Source of the DNA: an uncultured Spirochaetota bacterium
GTDB taxonomy: Bacteria; Spirochaetota; Spirochaetia; SZUA-6; Fen-1364
Reading direction: 5' to 3'
DNA: 64,000 nt
NCBI GenBank assembly: GCA_963845535.1
Contig: CAWJSK010000012.1
Coordinates: forward strand, 224,001-288,000
The first letter of the stretch is position 1, and each line of letters starts with the position of its first letter. The notes under the pieces are model-generated. The model saw only the letters and a list, made by a program, of their open reading frames with translations. It was not told where the DNA came from and did not search any database. A program made the position numbers and the translations under genes. Positions 8,634 to 17,533 of the stretch are shown one piece after another.

Positions 8634-10229
8634 ATGAGCTCGAACAAAGAATGGCCCTTCGTAGAGGCCCAGAGGATCATCGACCACCTCTCGCACACCG
8701 GAAAGACGAGCGTGGTGGCGGAAACCGGGTATGGGCCCTCAGGGCTGCCTCACATTGGAACATTCGGCGAGGTTGCGCGCACCTCTTTCGTGCTCCAGGC
8801 GCTGGCCACCATGGCGCCCCAGGTGAAATCGAAAATCATTGCGTTTTCCGACGACATGGACGGCTTGCGGGAAGTTCCCAAAAACCTCCCGAACCCCCAG
8901 ATGCTCAAGGAGCACCTCGGAAAGCCGCTCACCTCCATCCCTGATCCTTTTGGGGAGGAGAAATCTTTCGCCCATTACATGAACAAAAAATTGAGGGAGT
9001 TCCTTGATTCTTTCGGATTCACGTATGAGTTCGCCTCCTCCACGGACAAGTACTCTTCCGGCGCCTTCGATGACGGGCTGCGCAAGGTGATGGAGCACTA
9101 CGAGGAAGTGGCCGACCTGTTTCGGGCAACCATCGCGGAGGAAAAGCGCGCCGCGTGGAGCCCGTTCTTCCCGATCTGCGAAAAGTGCGGCCGCATCTAT
9201 TCCACGCGTGTTACCAACCATGACCCCCAGGCCCTCACCATCTCCTACACGTGTGACATCGATTCCCCGGGCAAGTACGCGGCGTGCGGTCATTCGGCAA
9301 CGACGAGCATCCTGGGCGGCACGTGCAAGGTGGGATGGAAAGTGGACTGGGCGCTGCGCTGGTACTGCCTGGGCGTGGACTACGAGATGCACGGGGAAGA
9401 CCTGCTGGAGTCATCCCGCTTGTCCTCCCGCATTGTGAAGGTGCTGGGTGGAGAACCGCCTGAGCTTTTCAAGTACGAGCTTTTTCTGGATGAAAACGGG
9501 AAGAAGATCTCCAAGAAGATCGGCAACGGCGTGTCCTTGGAGCAATGGCTTCGTTACGCTCCCGTGGACTCTCTTCTGTACTTCATGTACCTCAAACCCC
9601 AGCAGGCCAAGCGCATGGGCCTTCCGCTCCTGCCGGACATCATTGACCAGTACCTGGAGCTGGTGGAATCCTGGGACGGCTCGGAGGACTCCCCGGTCCC
9701 GTTCATCTCGCGGCTTTCCAGCAAAGGCCACGCGGCCAAGCTTGCAGACCAGAAGACCGTCACGTACTCCCTCATCCTTCAGCTCATCCTGGCGCTGAAC
9801 CAGGATGATCCGCGGATCGTCCGCGACTATCTCCTGAAATACCAGCCCGACATCGCGGGCAACGTCGGGTACTATGAGAACCTGATCGAGGACGCCCTTG
9901 CCTATTACCGGGACGTGATGCTGCCCAACCGCGCGAACGAACAGGCGGGCCACGAGATGGATGAGGCGCTGGCCGAGCTCCGTGACATCCTCACGCAGCT
10001 CAAAGAGAGCGGTGCCGCCACGGACGCGGATTCCCTCCAGACGAGGGCTTTCCAGGTCTCCAAGGATCGCAACCTCAAGATGAAAGACTGGTTTCGAACG
10101 CTCTACCGCGTGTTCCTGGGACAGTCCCAAGGGCCGCGCATCGGCAGCTTCATTGCGCTCCTGGGCTTTGAGAATACCATCGAGCGCCTGAACGCCCACC
10201 TGAAGGGAACGCGTAGGGGAAGCTCATGA
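8634..10229 (+). CDS. lysS: Lysine--tRNA ligase, class I
   Basis: TGYGPSGLPHIGTFGEV, SDDMDGLR, WKVDW, KISKKIGN, QGPRIGSF; start may instead be ATG8625. Confidence 0.96.
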   Translation: MSSNKEWPFVEAQRIIDHLSHTGKTSVVAETGYGPSGLPHIGTFGEVARTSFVLQALATMAPQVKSKIIAFSDDMDGLREVPKNLPNPQMLKEHLGKPLTSIPDPFGEEKSFAHYMNKKLREFLDSFGFTYEFASSTDKYSSGAFDDGLRKVMEHYEEVADLFRATIAEEKRAAWSPFFPICEKCGRIYSTRVTNHDPQALTISYTCDIDSPGKYAACGHSATTSILGGTCKVGWKVDWALRWYCLGVDYEMHGEDLLESSRLSSRIVKVLGGEPPELFKYELFLDENGKKISKKIGNGVSLEQWLRYAPVDSLLYFMYLKPQQAKRMGLPLLPDIIDQYLELVESWDGSEDSPVPFISRLSSKGHAAKLADQKTVTYSLILQLILALNQDDPRIVRDYLLKYQPDIAGNVGYYENLIEDALAYYRDVMLPNRANEQAGHEMDEALAELRDILTQLKESGAATDADSLQTRAFQVSKDRNLKMKDWFRTLYRVFLGQSQGPRIGSFIALLGFENTIERLNAHLKGTRRGSS

Positions 10230-11512
10230 CGGTAAAAAGCGGTGATGTAAAAACACTTCGAGATGCCGAGACCGTCCTCTCCGGCACGAAGAAAACGGGG
10301 GCGCTGAAGCGCATCCTGCCTTTTCTCGGGCCCGCTTTCATTGCCTGCGTGGCCTACATAGATCCCGGCAATTTTGCAACGAACGTCCAGGGAGGCTCGG
10401 AGTTCGGCCTCATGCTGTTGTGGGTCATCATGGCCGCGAACCTCATGGCCATGCTCCTCCAGACCCTCTCCGCGAAGCTCGGGATTGCCACCGGGAAAAA
10501 CCTTGCCGAGCACTGCCGTGAGCGCCTGCCCCGCTGGCTCGTGATCGTGATGTGGATCGTGGCGGAGATTGCCGCCATGGCCACGGACCTTGCGGAGTTC
10601 CTCGGTGCCACCCTCGGGTTCGCCCTCCTGTTCGGCATCCCGCTATGGCTCGGCGTCATCCTCACCGCCATTACAACCGTCATCATCCTCAGCCTGGAAA
10701 GGTTCGGCTTCCGTCCGCTTGAGGCCGTGATCACCGCGTTGGTCGGCGTTATTGCAGTCTCGTACGTCATTGAGATGGTGCTCGTGCGCCCGCCCATGGG
10801 ACAGGTCCTCCTGCACTCCGTGGTGCCCCAGCTTGCCGGCACGGAAAGCATCCTCCTTGCCGTCGGCATCCTTGGCGCGACGGTCATGCCGCACGTCATC
10901 TTCCTGCACTCCTCTTTGACTCAGAGCCGGATCGTGGTGAAGGAGCCGCGCAAGCTGAAGCGTCTCCTTCGCTTCGAGATTACGGACGTGGCAATCGCCA
11001 TGGGGCTGGCCGGCATCATCAACATGGCCATGCTGATCATGGCGGCACAGACTTTTCACTCGCACGGGCTCACGAACATCGCCACCATCGAGGACGCCCA
11101 CAAAACCCTCGTGCCTCTCCTGGGCCCCGCGGCGAGCTGGGTATTCGCAATCTCACTCCTGGCTTCCGGCCTCTCCTCCTCTTCCGTCGGGACCATGGCC
11201 GGCCAGGTGATCATGCAGGGCTTCATCCACCGCCAGATTCCGGCATGGATTCGCAGGCTTGTGACCCTGATCCCGTCCGTGGTGGTCGTCATGTTGGGAA
11301 TCGACCCGACCCGGGCGCTCGTCCTGAGCCAGGTGGTGCTGAGCTTTGCCCTGCCCTTCCCGGTCATCCCGCTGATCTTCTTCACGCGGCGGAAGGACCT
11401 GATGGGCGTCCTTGTGAACAAGCCCGTGACGACGATTGCCGGCGTTCTGGCGGCGGCCGTGATCCTGGGGTTGAACGTGTATCTTATCTATCAGACTTTC
11501 ACGGGAGGGTAA
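10226..11512 (+). CDS. mntH: Nramp-family divalent metal (Mn2+) transporter
   Basis: AYIDPGN, GATVMPH, GTMAGQVIMQGF, SQVVLSF; multiple TM segments. Confidence 0.96.
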   Translation: MTVKSGDVKTLRDAETVLSGTKKTGALKRILPFLGPAFIACVAYIDPGNFATNVQGGSEFGLMLLWVIMAANLMAMLLQTLSAKLGIATGKNLAEHCRERLPRWLVIVMWIVAEIAAMATDLAEFLGATLGFALLFGIPLWLGVILTAITTVIILSLERFGFRPLEAVITALVGVIAVSYVIEMVLVRPPMGQVLLHSVVPQLAGTESILLAVGILGATVMPHVIFLHSSLTQSRIVVKEPRKLKRLLRFEITDVAIAMGLAGIINMAMLIMAAQTFHSHGLTNIATIEDAHKTLVPLLGPAASWVFAISLLASGLSSSSVGTMAGQVIMQGFIHRQIPAWIRRLVTLIPSVVVVMLGIDPTRALVLSQVVLSFALPFPVIPLIFFTRRKDLMGVLVNKPVTTIAGVLAAAVILGLNVYLIYQTFTGG

Positions 11513-11516
11513 TGCG

Positions 11517-12425
11517 ATGTTCAAGCACATCCTCGTGCCGCTTGACGGTTCGCGGCTCGCTGAGTCCGCCCTCGCAATGGCGGCGTCCCTCGCCAGGAAG
11601 CTCGACGCTTCCCTCACCCTCATCCACGTGATCGAGAAGGACGCCCCGTCTGAGATCCACAACGAACGGCACCTTGTTTCCGCGGGAGAGGCGTCAGCGT
11701 ACCTTGACGAGGTTGCCAACCTTTCCCTCCTGGCCGGCGTGCGGGTCTCCACGCACGTGCACACCTCCCAGGTGATTGACGTCGCGGACAGCGTCACCGA
11801 GCATTCCGCGGAGCTTGCCCCTGACCTCATTGTGATGAGCAGGCACGGCAGAGGCGGCGCCCGGCGTCTCCTGTTCGGCACCATCGCCCAGCAGATCATC
11901 TCCCGCGGGCGCACGCCCGTGCTCGTTGTCCGCCCCTCCACGGACGTCCGCGGGGAAAGCTCGAGCGCGGACTGGCGCACCATCCTGGCGCCTATTGATG
12001 GAGACCCGTCCCATGAGAAGGGACTGCCGGTAGCCATTGACATGGCGCTCGCCTTCCACTGCCGGCTGCACTTGCTGATGGTGGTGCCGACCATCGGAAA
12101 ACTCGGGGGATTGCAGGGCGCCTTGTCCCTCCTCCTGCCCGGGACCACTCGGGTGAAGCTGGAAATGGACAGCGCCGGCGCGGGAGACTACCTGGCGGCG
12201 CGGGAAAAGGAGCTGCAAAGCGCGGGCGTCCACGCCGGCAGTGAGACCTCACGGGGGGATCCCGCGCGCGCCATCGTCAAGGCGGCGCGCCGCCTGACTG
12301 CTGACCTCGTGGTCATGGGCACGCACGGCCGCGCGGGCACGGATGCGTTCTGGGCGGGCAGCGTGGCCGCGCAGGTGGTGGCCCGCGCCAGCGTCCCGCT
12401 CCTGCTCGTCCCGTTGAAGGAGTAG
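11517..12425 (+). CDS. Universal stress protein with two USP domains
   Basis: ILVPLDGS...DLIVMSRHGRGG...FGTIA and ILAPIDG...DLVVMGTHGRAG...GSVA. Confidence 0.93.
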   Translation: MFKHILVPLDGSRLAESALAMAASLARKLDASLTLIHVIEKDAPSEIHNERHLVSAGEASAYLDEVANLSLLAGVRVSTHVHTSQVIDVADSVTEHSAELAPDLIVMSRHGRGGARRLLFGTIAQQIISRGRTPVLVVRPSTDVRGESSSADWRTILAPIDGDPSHEKGLPVAIDMALAFHCRLHLLMVVPTIGKLGGLQGALSLLLPGTTRVKLEMDSAGAGDYLAAREKELQSAGVHAGSETSRGDPARAIVKAARRLTADLVVMGTHGRAGTDAFWAGSVAAQVVARASVPLLLVPLKE

Positions 12426-12448
12426 ACGCGCTGAAAGAGTAGACGCGC
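12420..12448 (+). repeat. 12-bp direct repeat GAGTAGACGCGC x2 including the USP stop codon
   Basis: Copies at 12420-12431 and 12437-12448. Confidence 0.6.
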
Positions 12449-12472
12449 CCGCCCACGCCCCGCCGTCGGCAC

Positions 12473-13429
12473 CTACTGCGAAGGCTGCCGAACGGGAGGC
12501 TTCAACGGCATCAGGTCCAGATCCGGCCCGGGATCAGGGAGGAGGGCTGGCAGCGCGTTGATGCCTCCGTCCACGGCCTGCACGCCTTCGTGATCACGGA
12601 TGACCTGGTCGTCCTGCGCCATGGTCATATACCTTTCGACGGAATCTTCCAGCGACTTCTCGGATTCGGTCCTGATGAGCCCAGTCAAGCTGAAAAGCCC
12701 TTCCTTCGAATGAATGACCCCCGGCCACGTGCTTCGGGCGCTGGTGAAGCCGGCCGCTTTTGCCGCGGCAACCACCCGCGAGTCATACTGTCCGAACGGG
12801 TACGCAAGGGAGGTCACGGACACCCCCGTGTGGGACTCGATGTCCTGCCTGGCTCCGGCAAGCTCTCGCTTCAGGTTCTCATCCTTCCTGATGCGCGTAA
12901 GGAAAGGGTGCGTATACGTATGGCAGCCGAGCTGCATGCCCGCCTGTGACAGCTCCTTGATCTCTTCCCAGCTCATGTGGTGCTTCCTGCCCACGACCAC
13001 GACCCAGATGTAGAACGTGGCCGTGTAGCCGTACTTCTTGAGAAGCGGCAGCGCGTAGCGGTACTGGTTTTCCCAGTCGTCGTCAAAGGAGAAGATGACC
13101 GGTTTGGTTGGCAGGGTCGCGCCGGCGGTCACGTGGTTGACAAGGTCGTCAAAGCTGATGGAAACGTAGCCGCTCTCTTTCAGCCAGGCCAGCTCCTCAT
13201 CCAGCGTCTGCGGCGTGGCGATGTAACGGCGAACGGCCGGAGTGTCACTCTCCACGTACGGCCTGACCGCGTGATAGATGAGGATGGGGACGAGGGTGGT
13301 TGCCGTGCCCTCTCCGTCACGCGGCTCGGGGGGAATGAGGCGTGAACGCTGCGTCTGGGGCAGCGCGGCTTGAGCAAACCCTGATGCGTGTATGCAAAGG
13401 GCAACCAGAATGAGCGCCCGTAATTCCAT
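12473..13429 (-). CDS. Secreted polysaccharide deacetylase (CE4/NodB)
   Basis: Signal peptide; PILIYH; FSFDDD, HTYTH, LAYPFG motifs. Confidence 0.92.
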   Translation of the reverse strand: MELRALILVALCIHASGFAQAALPQTQRSRLIPPEPRDGEGTATTLVPILIYHAVRPYVESDTPAVRRYIATPQTLDEELAWLKESGYVSISFDDLVNHVTAGATLPTKPVIFSFDDDWENQYRYALPLLKKYGYTATFYIWVVVVGRKHHMSWEEIKELSQAGMQLGCHTYTHPFLTRIRKDENLKRELAGARQDIESHTGVSVTSLAYPFGQYDSRVVAAAKAAGFTSARSTWPGVIHSKEGLFSLTGLIRTESEKSLEDSVERYMTMAQDDQVIRDHEGVQAVDGGINALPALLPDPGPDLDLMPLKPPVRQPSQ

Positions 13430-13472
13430 GGTCCCAGGTGTATGTCACGGAAAGAGGACCAAGGTCAAGCGT

Positions 13473-13946
13473 TCAGGCCGCCTGCGCAAGCGCCTCCTTC
13501 GCCTTGGGGACTGTCTCCTCGGGCTTCACGCCGTACCAGGCGCGCAGCACCATGCCGCTCTCATCGATGAGAAACGACGAGCGGATGATGCCCATCGACT
13601 TCTTTCCATAATTGTTCTTCTCCCCCCACACGCCGTACGCTTCGGCAATCGCATGGTCCGTATCCGCCAGGAGCGGGAATCCGAGAGAGAACTTCAGGTC
13701 GAACTTTTTCTGATCTTCAGGGGTGTCGGGGCTGATGCCGAGCGCAGCCACGGAAAGCTTGCGGAAGTCCTGTCGCGCGTCGCGCACGGCGCAGGACTGC
13801 GTAGTGCATCCCGGCGTGTCCGCCTTCGGGTAGAAGTACAGAAGCACCTTGCGGCCTCGAAAATCCGACAACTTCACGGTCTTCGAGTCCTGGTCACGAA
13901 GGGAAAAATCAGGGGCGGCGTCCCCCACGGCGAGCTTATGCTCCAT
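13473..13946 (-). CDS. bcp: Thioredoxin-dependent thiol peroxidase (BCP/PrxQ)
   Basis: [42 protein letters not shown]. Confidence 0.95.
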   Translation of the reverse strand: MEHKLAVGDAAPDFSLRDQDSKTVKLSDFRGRKVLLYFYPKADTPGCTTQSCAVRDARQDFRKLSVAALGISPDTPEDQKKFDLKFSLGFPLLADTDHAIAEAYGVWGEKNNYGKKSMGIIRSSFLIDESGMVLRAWYGVKPEETVPKAKEALAQAA

Positions 13947-14052
13947 CATGCGCCTCCATAGTGAGAAAAGGTACGGCGCTGGTCGGACATCGTCAAACGC
14001 GTCAAACCTTCCTGCTTTTCGCGCGTGAGGCCGCGGCGTATATTTAACGGAT

Positions 14053-14595
14053 ATGGTGCACAAGATCGGAGACAAAGCGCCGATCATCGAACCTTCCGCT
14101 TTCATTGCCTGGAACGCGGAAGTGGCAGGCGCGGTCCGGCTCGGAGCGGCAACGAGCGTGTGGTTCAGCGCCACGCTCCGGGGAGACCTGGCCGGCATCA
14201 CCGTGGGAACCGGGTCGAACGTGCAGGACGGGGCAACGCTGCACGTGGACACCGGCCTGCCGCTCACAATCGGGGAAAGAGTCACGATTGGGCACAACGC
14301 GGTGCTTCACGGCTGCACCGTGGGGAATGACTGCCTCATCGGGATGGGCGCGGTGGTCCTGAGCGGGGCGGTGATTGGCGCGGAGAGCATTGTCGGGGCC
14401 GGCGCCCTGGTGACCGAGGGCAAATCGTTTCCGCCCCGGTCTGTCATCCTCGGCAGCCCCGCAAAAGCGGTGCGCAGCGTGGATGATGCGGCCGTGGACA
14501 AGATCCGGGAGAACGGGCGGGCGTATGAGGCTCTTGCCCGTCAGGCGGCGCGGGACTACCGGGAACAGGGCGCTGCCGCCCCGGTGCGGACCTGA
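14053..14595 (+). CDS. Gamma carbonic anhydrase family protein
   Basis: [25 protein letters not shown] hexapeptide repeats, GSPAK. Confidence 0.94.
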   Translation: MVHKIGDKAPIIEPSAFIAWNAEVAGAVRLGAATSVWFSATLRGDLAGITVGTGSNVQDGATLHVDTGLPLTIGERVTIGHNAVLHGCTVGNDCLIGMGAVVLSGAVIGAESIVGAGALVTEGKSFPPRSVILGSPAKAVRSVDDAAVDKIRENGRAYEALARQAARDYREQGAAAPVRT

Positions 14596-14628
14596 CCAGC
14601 CCTTGGTCACGCCGGCGCTGGCACCTGC

Positions 14629-17052
14629 ATGAGCGTCCCTTCCGAAGCTTCGAAACGCCGGGCCGTGGACCTCCCCCGGCTTTCCAGCGGCCTGCTGGAC
14701 GCCATCGATTCCGCCATCCTGCTCCTCACCGAGGACGGGACCATCATCCAGAGCAACCGCTACGCCATCCAGATGCTCAAATACGCCGACGGCCGGCTCG
14801 ACGGGGAGAACATATCCGCGCTCTTCCCGCGGGATGACATGGCCGTGGAGTTCATGAAAAGAATCAGCGCCCGCTCGAAGGAAGGCGCCGCGCCCCGGGG
14901 ACGGACCAGGCTGCGGGATGCAGGCGGCGGCTTCGTTCCCGTTGCGTACCGCGCCTCCCGTCTCAGCGTTGGCGGAGCAGACGTCCTTCTTCTGGATGCG
15001 GCTGACGTTCGCGCGGAGAACGAACAGGACCAGCACACTCGAAGCATCGCGCGGTTCTCGGACGAGAACCCTTTCCCCGTCCTTCGGATCGCTGATGACG
15101 GGACCCTCCTGTACGCCAACCCCGGGAGTTGGCTCCTCCTCATGCACTGGAACACGGCGGAGCAGCAACCGGTCCCGGCCGAATGGAAGACGACCATCCA
15201 GGAGGCGCTTGCACGGGAGGAAAGCCGCGAGGTGGAAGCGCAGATCGGTTTCAAGACGCTGCTCCTCAATCTCGTCCCCGTGCCCGAGATGGGGTACGTG
15301 GACGTGTTCGGCCTCGACGTGACCAATCGGAAGCAGGCGGAAAGGAAGCTCCAACTGGACGCCCAGGTCTTCGAGAGCGCCACGGAAGGCGTCATGATCA
15401 CGGACGCCGAGCAGAGGATCCTGGACGTCAACCGCGCATTCACCACGATCACGGGCTATTCCCGTGAGGAGATCCTCGGAGAGAACGCCGGCATCCTCCA
15501 GTCCGGCCGGCATGACGAGAGCTTCTATCAGGCGCTCTGGAAGGACGTCCGGGAGCGCGGGAGCTGGCAAGGGGAGATCTGGGACAGGAGAAAGAACGGC
15601 GAGGTATACCCGAAGCGGCTCTCCATCAGCGCCGTGCCTGACGAGCACGGACAGGTGATCCGCTACATCGGGCTGTTCTCCGACATCACCACGGTGAAAC
15701 AGACCCAGGAGCAGCTCTACCACATGGCCAACTACGACAGCCTCACCGGGCTTGCCAACCGCAGGTTCTTCCATGACAGGCTCGAGCGGAGCATCCAGGA
15801 GGCGCGGCGCTCCGGGGAGATGGTGGCGGTGATGTTCCTCGACCTTGACGGGTTCAAGCTGATCAACGACAACATGGGCCACCGCGCCGGGGACGCCCTG
15901 CTGCGCGCCGTGGCGGACCGCATCCGGGAGAACGTTCGTGACAGCGACACCGTGGCCCGCATGGGCGGGGACGAGTTCACCGTCGTGATCCCCCGTCTGC
16001 ACAACTCGCAGCACCTCGTGGGCGTTGCCCAGAAGATCCTGGCAAGGGTTGCAGAGCCCCTGACCCTGGAGCACCAGGAGCTGTTCACGAGCTCGAGCAT
16101 TGGCATTGCCGTCTTCCCCGCGGATGCAAGCGACGTCGAAGGGCTGTTGCACAGCGCCGACACGGCGTTGTACCGGGCCAAGGAGCGCGGGAAGAACGGC
16201 TACCAGTTCTACTCCCGGGACATGAACAAGGCCGCGGTGGAGCGGCTCCAGCTCCAGATGAAGCTCCGACAGGGTTTCGAGGCCGGTGAGTTCTCCCTCA
16301 GCTACCAGCCTATGGTGAGCGCTTCCACGGGCCGCGTCATGGGGCTGGAAGCCCTGGCCCGGTGGAGGAGCCCGCCTGACAGTGCCGCCTCTCCGGATGT
16401 CTTCATTCCCCTCGCTGAAGAAATCGGCCTCATCCACGACTTGGGCGCCTTCCTCCTGCGCCTGGCCTGCGAGCAAGGCAAGGCCTGGCACGGACGCTGC
16501 AGGCCCGAGCTGAAGATTGCGGTCAACATTTCCCCGTACCAGCTTCGACGGTCCGATTTCCTGAACCGGGTGGAACAGATCGTTGCGGAGAGCGGGTTCT
16601 CGTTCGGGAACCTGGATTTCGAGCTCACAGAAGGCACCCTGCAGGATGAGCTTCCGGAGATCAGCGGCAAGCTCGAGCGGCTCAAATCCCTCGGAGCGAC
16701 AATCACCCTGGATGACTTCGGCACCAGGTCATCGTCACTTTCATCGTTGCGGAGGTTCCCCATCGATCGCCTCAAGATCGACAGGTCTTTCATCAGGGAC
16801 ATCCCCCAGGACCCCCACAGCGTGGAGATTGCCGGAGCGATCATCGGGATGGGACGCAGCCTCAGTTTTGCCGTCGTGGCGGAGGGCGTGCAGACGGAAG
16901 AGCAGGCGGCCCTGCTTCGCAGCCACGGGTGCGACTTCTTCCAGGGCAACTACTTCAGCAAGCCTCTTTCTGCGGACGAGCTGTTTCCCTACCTGACGCG
17001 CAGGTGCGCGGACGGGCACGAGGTCACCGAAGGCGTTCCGGGCGCTGCATGA
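14629..17052 (+). CDS. PAS-PAS-GGDEF-EAL diguanylate cyclase/phosphodiesterase
   Basis: VNRAFTTITGYSREE PAS; DSLTGLANR, DLDGFK, GGDEF; GLEALARW, DDFGT, VVAEGV, FFQG. Confidence 0.96.
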   Translation: MSVPSEASKRRAVDLPRLSSGLLDAIDSAILLLTEDGTIIQSNRYAIQMLKYADGRLDGENISALFPRDDMAVEFMKRISARSKEGAAPRGRTRLRDAGGGFVPVAYRASRLSVGGADVLLLDAADVRAENEQDQHTRSIARFSDENPFPVLRIADDGTLLYANPGSWLLLMHWNTAEQQPVPAEWKTTIQEALAREESREVEAQIGFKTLLLNLVPVPEMGYVDVFGLDVTNRKQAERKLQLDAQVFESATEGVMITDAEQRILDVNRAFTTITGYSREEILGENAGILQSGRHDESFYQALWKDVRERGSWQGEIWDRRKNGEVYPKRLSISAVPDEHGQVIRYIGLFSDITTVKQTQEQLYHMANYDSLTGLANRRFFHDRLERSIQEARRSGEMVAVMFLDLDGFKLINDNMGHRAGDALLRAVADRIRENVRDSDTVARMGGDEFTVVIPRLHNSQHLVGVAQKILARVAEPLTLEHQELFTSSSIGIAVFPADASDVEGLLHSADTALYRAKERGKNGYQFYSRDMNKAAVERLQLQMKLRQGFEAGEFSLSYQPMVSASTGRVMGLEALARWRSPPDSAASPDVFIPLAEEIGLIHDLGAFLLRLACEQGKAWHGRCRPELKIAVNISPYQLRRSDFLNRVEQIVAESGFSFGNLDFELTEGTLQDELPEISGKLERLKSLGATITLDDFGTRSSSLSSLRRFPIDRLKIDRSFIRDIPQDPHSVEIAGAIIGMGRSLSFAVVAEGVQTEEQAALLRSHGCDFFQGNYFSKPLSADELFPYLTRRCADGHEVTEGVPGAA

Positions 17053-17533
17053 GCATGGGCAGCTCATGCTCGAACATGGGCGTGAGCGAACCTGTCCCCA
17101 CCATCGTAGTGACCTCCCGCAGAGTGAAAAACCGCACTTCGTCGATCTCAACCGGATCAGCCGTGACGGTGCCGGAATGCCTCAGAAGGAAGCATTGGGC
17201 AAACTCCGTCTCGAATGCGCTGCCGTAGAGATAACCGTACAGGAAGACGGCGCCCGCGGCGTCAATCCCCAGCTCCTCCCGCGCCTCACGGCGCAACGCA
17301 TCCAGCACGTCTTCACCCGCCCTCACGTGGCCGCCCACGGAAGTGTCCCAGCGTCCCGGGTTCGTGTCCTTGGTCATGGCCCGTTTCTGAAGGAGGAGCC
17401 TGTCTTCGGAGTCCAGCACGTGGAGGTGGACGACAAGATGGATCAGGAGCGGGTTCCCGTGGCACTCCTCCCGCGTTGCCCGGCCCGCGGGGCGGCCTTC
17501 CCGGTCAACGAGCTGGAAAAACTCAACGGCCAC
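17024..17533 (-). CDS. NUDIX hydrolase (IPP isomerase type 1/YfcD-like)
   Basis: LQKRAMTKD.NPGRWDTSVGGHV, ALRREAREELG Nudix box. Confidence 0.92.
   Translation of the reverse strand: MAVEFFQLVDREGRPAGRATREECHGNPLLIHLVVHLHVLDSEDRLLLQKRAMTKDTNPGRWDTSVGGHVRAGEDVLDALRREAREELGIDAAGAVFLYGYLYGSAFETEFAQCFLLRHSGTVTADPVEIDEVRFFTLREVTTMVGTGSLTPMFEHELPMLMQRPERLR

Noticed and set aside
14044..16491. 815-aa antisense ORF, and similar long ORFs such as 57115-59754, 32022-33734, 29973-31772, 6919-8520 and 43828-45363
   Set aside because: Shadow frames opposite well-supported genes in high-GC DNA; no recognisable motifs.
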